A DNA stretch of 63,987 bases, counting the filler, from Thraustochytrium aureum (Eukaryota): the NCBI GenBank assembly GCA_012862495.1. It is 7 parts of 5 records of this genome, joined end to end, with 100 filler letters (N's around TTAATTAATTAA, not from the genome) between each part and the next. Parts side by side here need not be neighbours in the genome. Positions count along the whole stretch, not along the records: positions 62,880 to 63,987 come from BLSG01000118.1; 6 more parts are not named here. One strand, given 5' to 3'. Every line of letters starts with the position of its first letter. The first letter of the stretch is position 1. The position numbers and the translations under genes are program-made. The notes beneath the pieces were generated by a model. The model was not told the origin of the DNA. It did not search any database and saw only the letters and a list, made by a program, of their open reading frames with translations. Positions 63,294 through 63,987 of the stretch are shown one piece after another.

Positions 63294-63987
63294 CGCTGAC
63301 GCTGGGCCGTTTCGAGCCGCGTCGGCGGTTCGGGCGCCACCCACCTCAGACCCTTCTCCGCCTCGCACGGCAGCGAATCGAGTATGTCTCAGGGCAGGCA
63401 GGCCATCGACTCGCATGAAACGCCGCAGCCCAACGCCTCTAGCGAGCGAGAATGCCCCAGCAACCAACCCCGCGGCGCCTGGTGCGTTGGCACGGCCTCC
63501 AGAGCGCCGACGCGGGTGGCCGGGCCATCGCACTCGATGGGCGGCGACTTGGACGTGAACGAGCGTGAAACGGTACTGTCGAAGTTGGACTCTATTGGAA
63601 GTCAGGAGTGGGCGCCGGAAAAACGGTGTCGCGCCAGCCGACTCTGCTCGTTGCAGAGCAGAGTGCGGCGCTGTGCGGGCAGCAGGTTGGCGCTGAGGAG
63701 CTCGTTCGCCGAGGCGCTGTCCGTCCGATAGAGCGGCTCGAGCCTCTGCTGGGGGCTGCGGCTTCGAGGGCTTGCGGGGATGGACGACCTCGCCGAATCG
63801 CTCGAAATGACCTACGGGCTGATCCAATCGCTCAAGGTGGACGCGGCTCGGCCGCTCGAGGCGGCGCTCCCTCGCAAGCGAGCGGCGCCCGGGGCGGCGC
63901 TGGCCAGGGGGGCGCTGCTGCGGCGGCGGCGGATGGGCTTATGGCGAAGGGGAGGGAGTATGAGGCCAAACGAGCCGCTGCCGTCGC

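Noticed and set aside
63384..63987. Possible CDS start at the window end
   Set aside because: Coding-like segments lie in several frames with no recognisable motif, so no defined gene model can be supported.

Overview
GC-rich, gene-dense eukaryotic DNA with few introns. Three GT-AG introns of 86-100 nt are visible, each with a CTRAC-type branch site. Gene content is consistent with a stramenopile such as a thraustochytrid, but that assignment is inference. The window is a draft pseudomolecule: six N-flanked TTAATTAATTAA spacers join separate scaffolds, there are many N gaps, and several genes carry single-base frame breaks, mostly at homopolymer runs. About 25 protein genes are supportable. 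Recognisable ones are UBLCP1, an Anp1/GT62-type glycosyltransferase, a sulfotransferase, MORN, RCC1, PH, UIM and LRR proteins, a desaturase-family protein, MetRS, GluRS, a MaoC/HTD2 dehydratase, a Tweety-like protein, Prx6, YIF1 and TMEM181. Five things stand out: (1) a tandem array of three choice-of-anchor B/LVIVD genes carrying eukaryotic ShK-like domains, a TM helix and Tyr-motif tails; (2) an apparent fusion of OPR/RAP-type helical repeats to a METTL21-like methyltransferase; (3) a 16-copy array of a conserved 12-bp core with variable linkers, whose core also recurs three times in a bidirectional promoter; (4) tandem duplications spanning the stop codons of two genes; (5) GTAC/CTAG-rich intergenic tracts. 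No rRNA, tRNA, CRISPR array or transposase was recognised.
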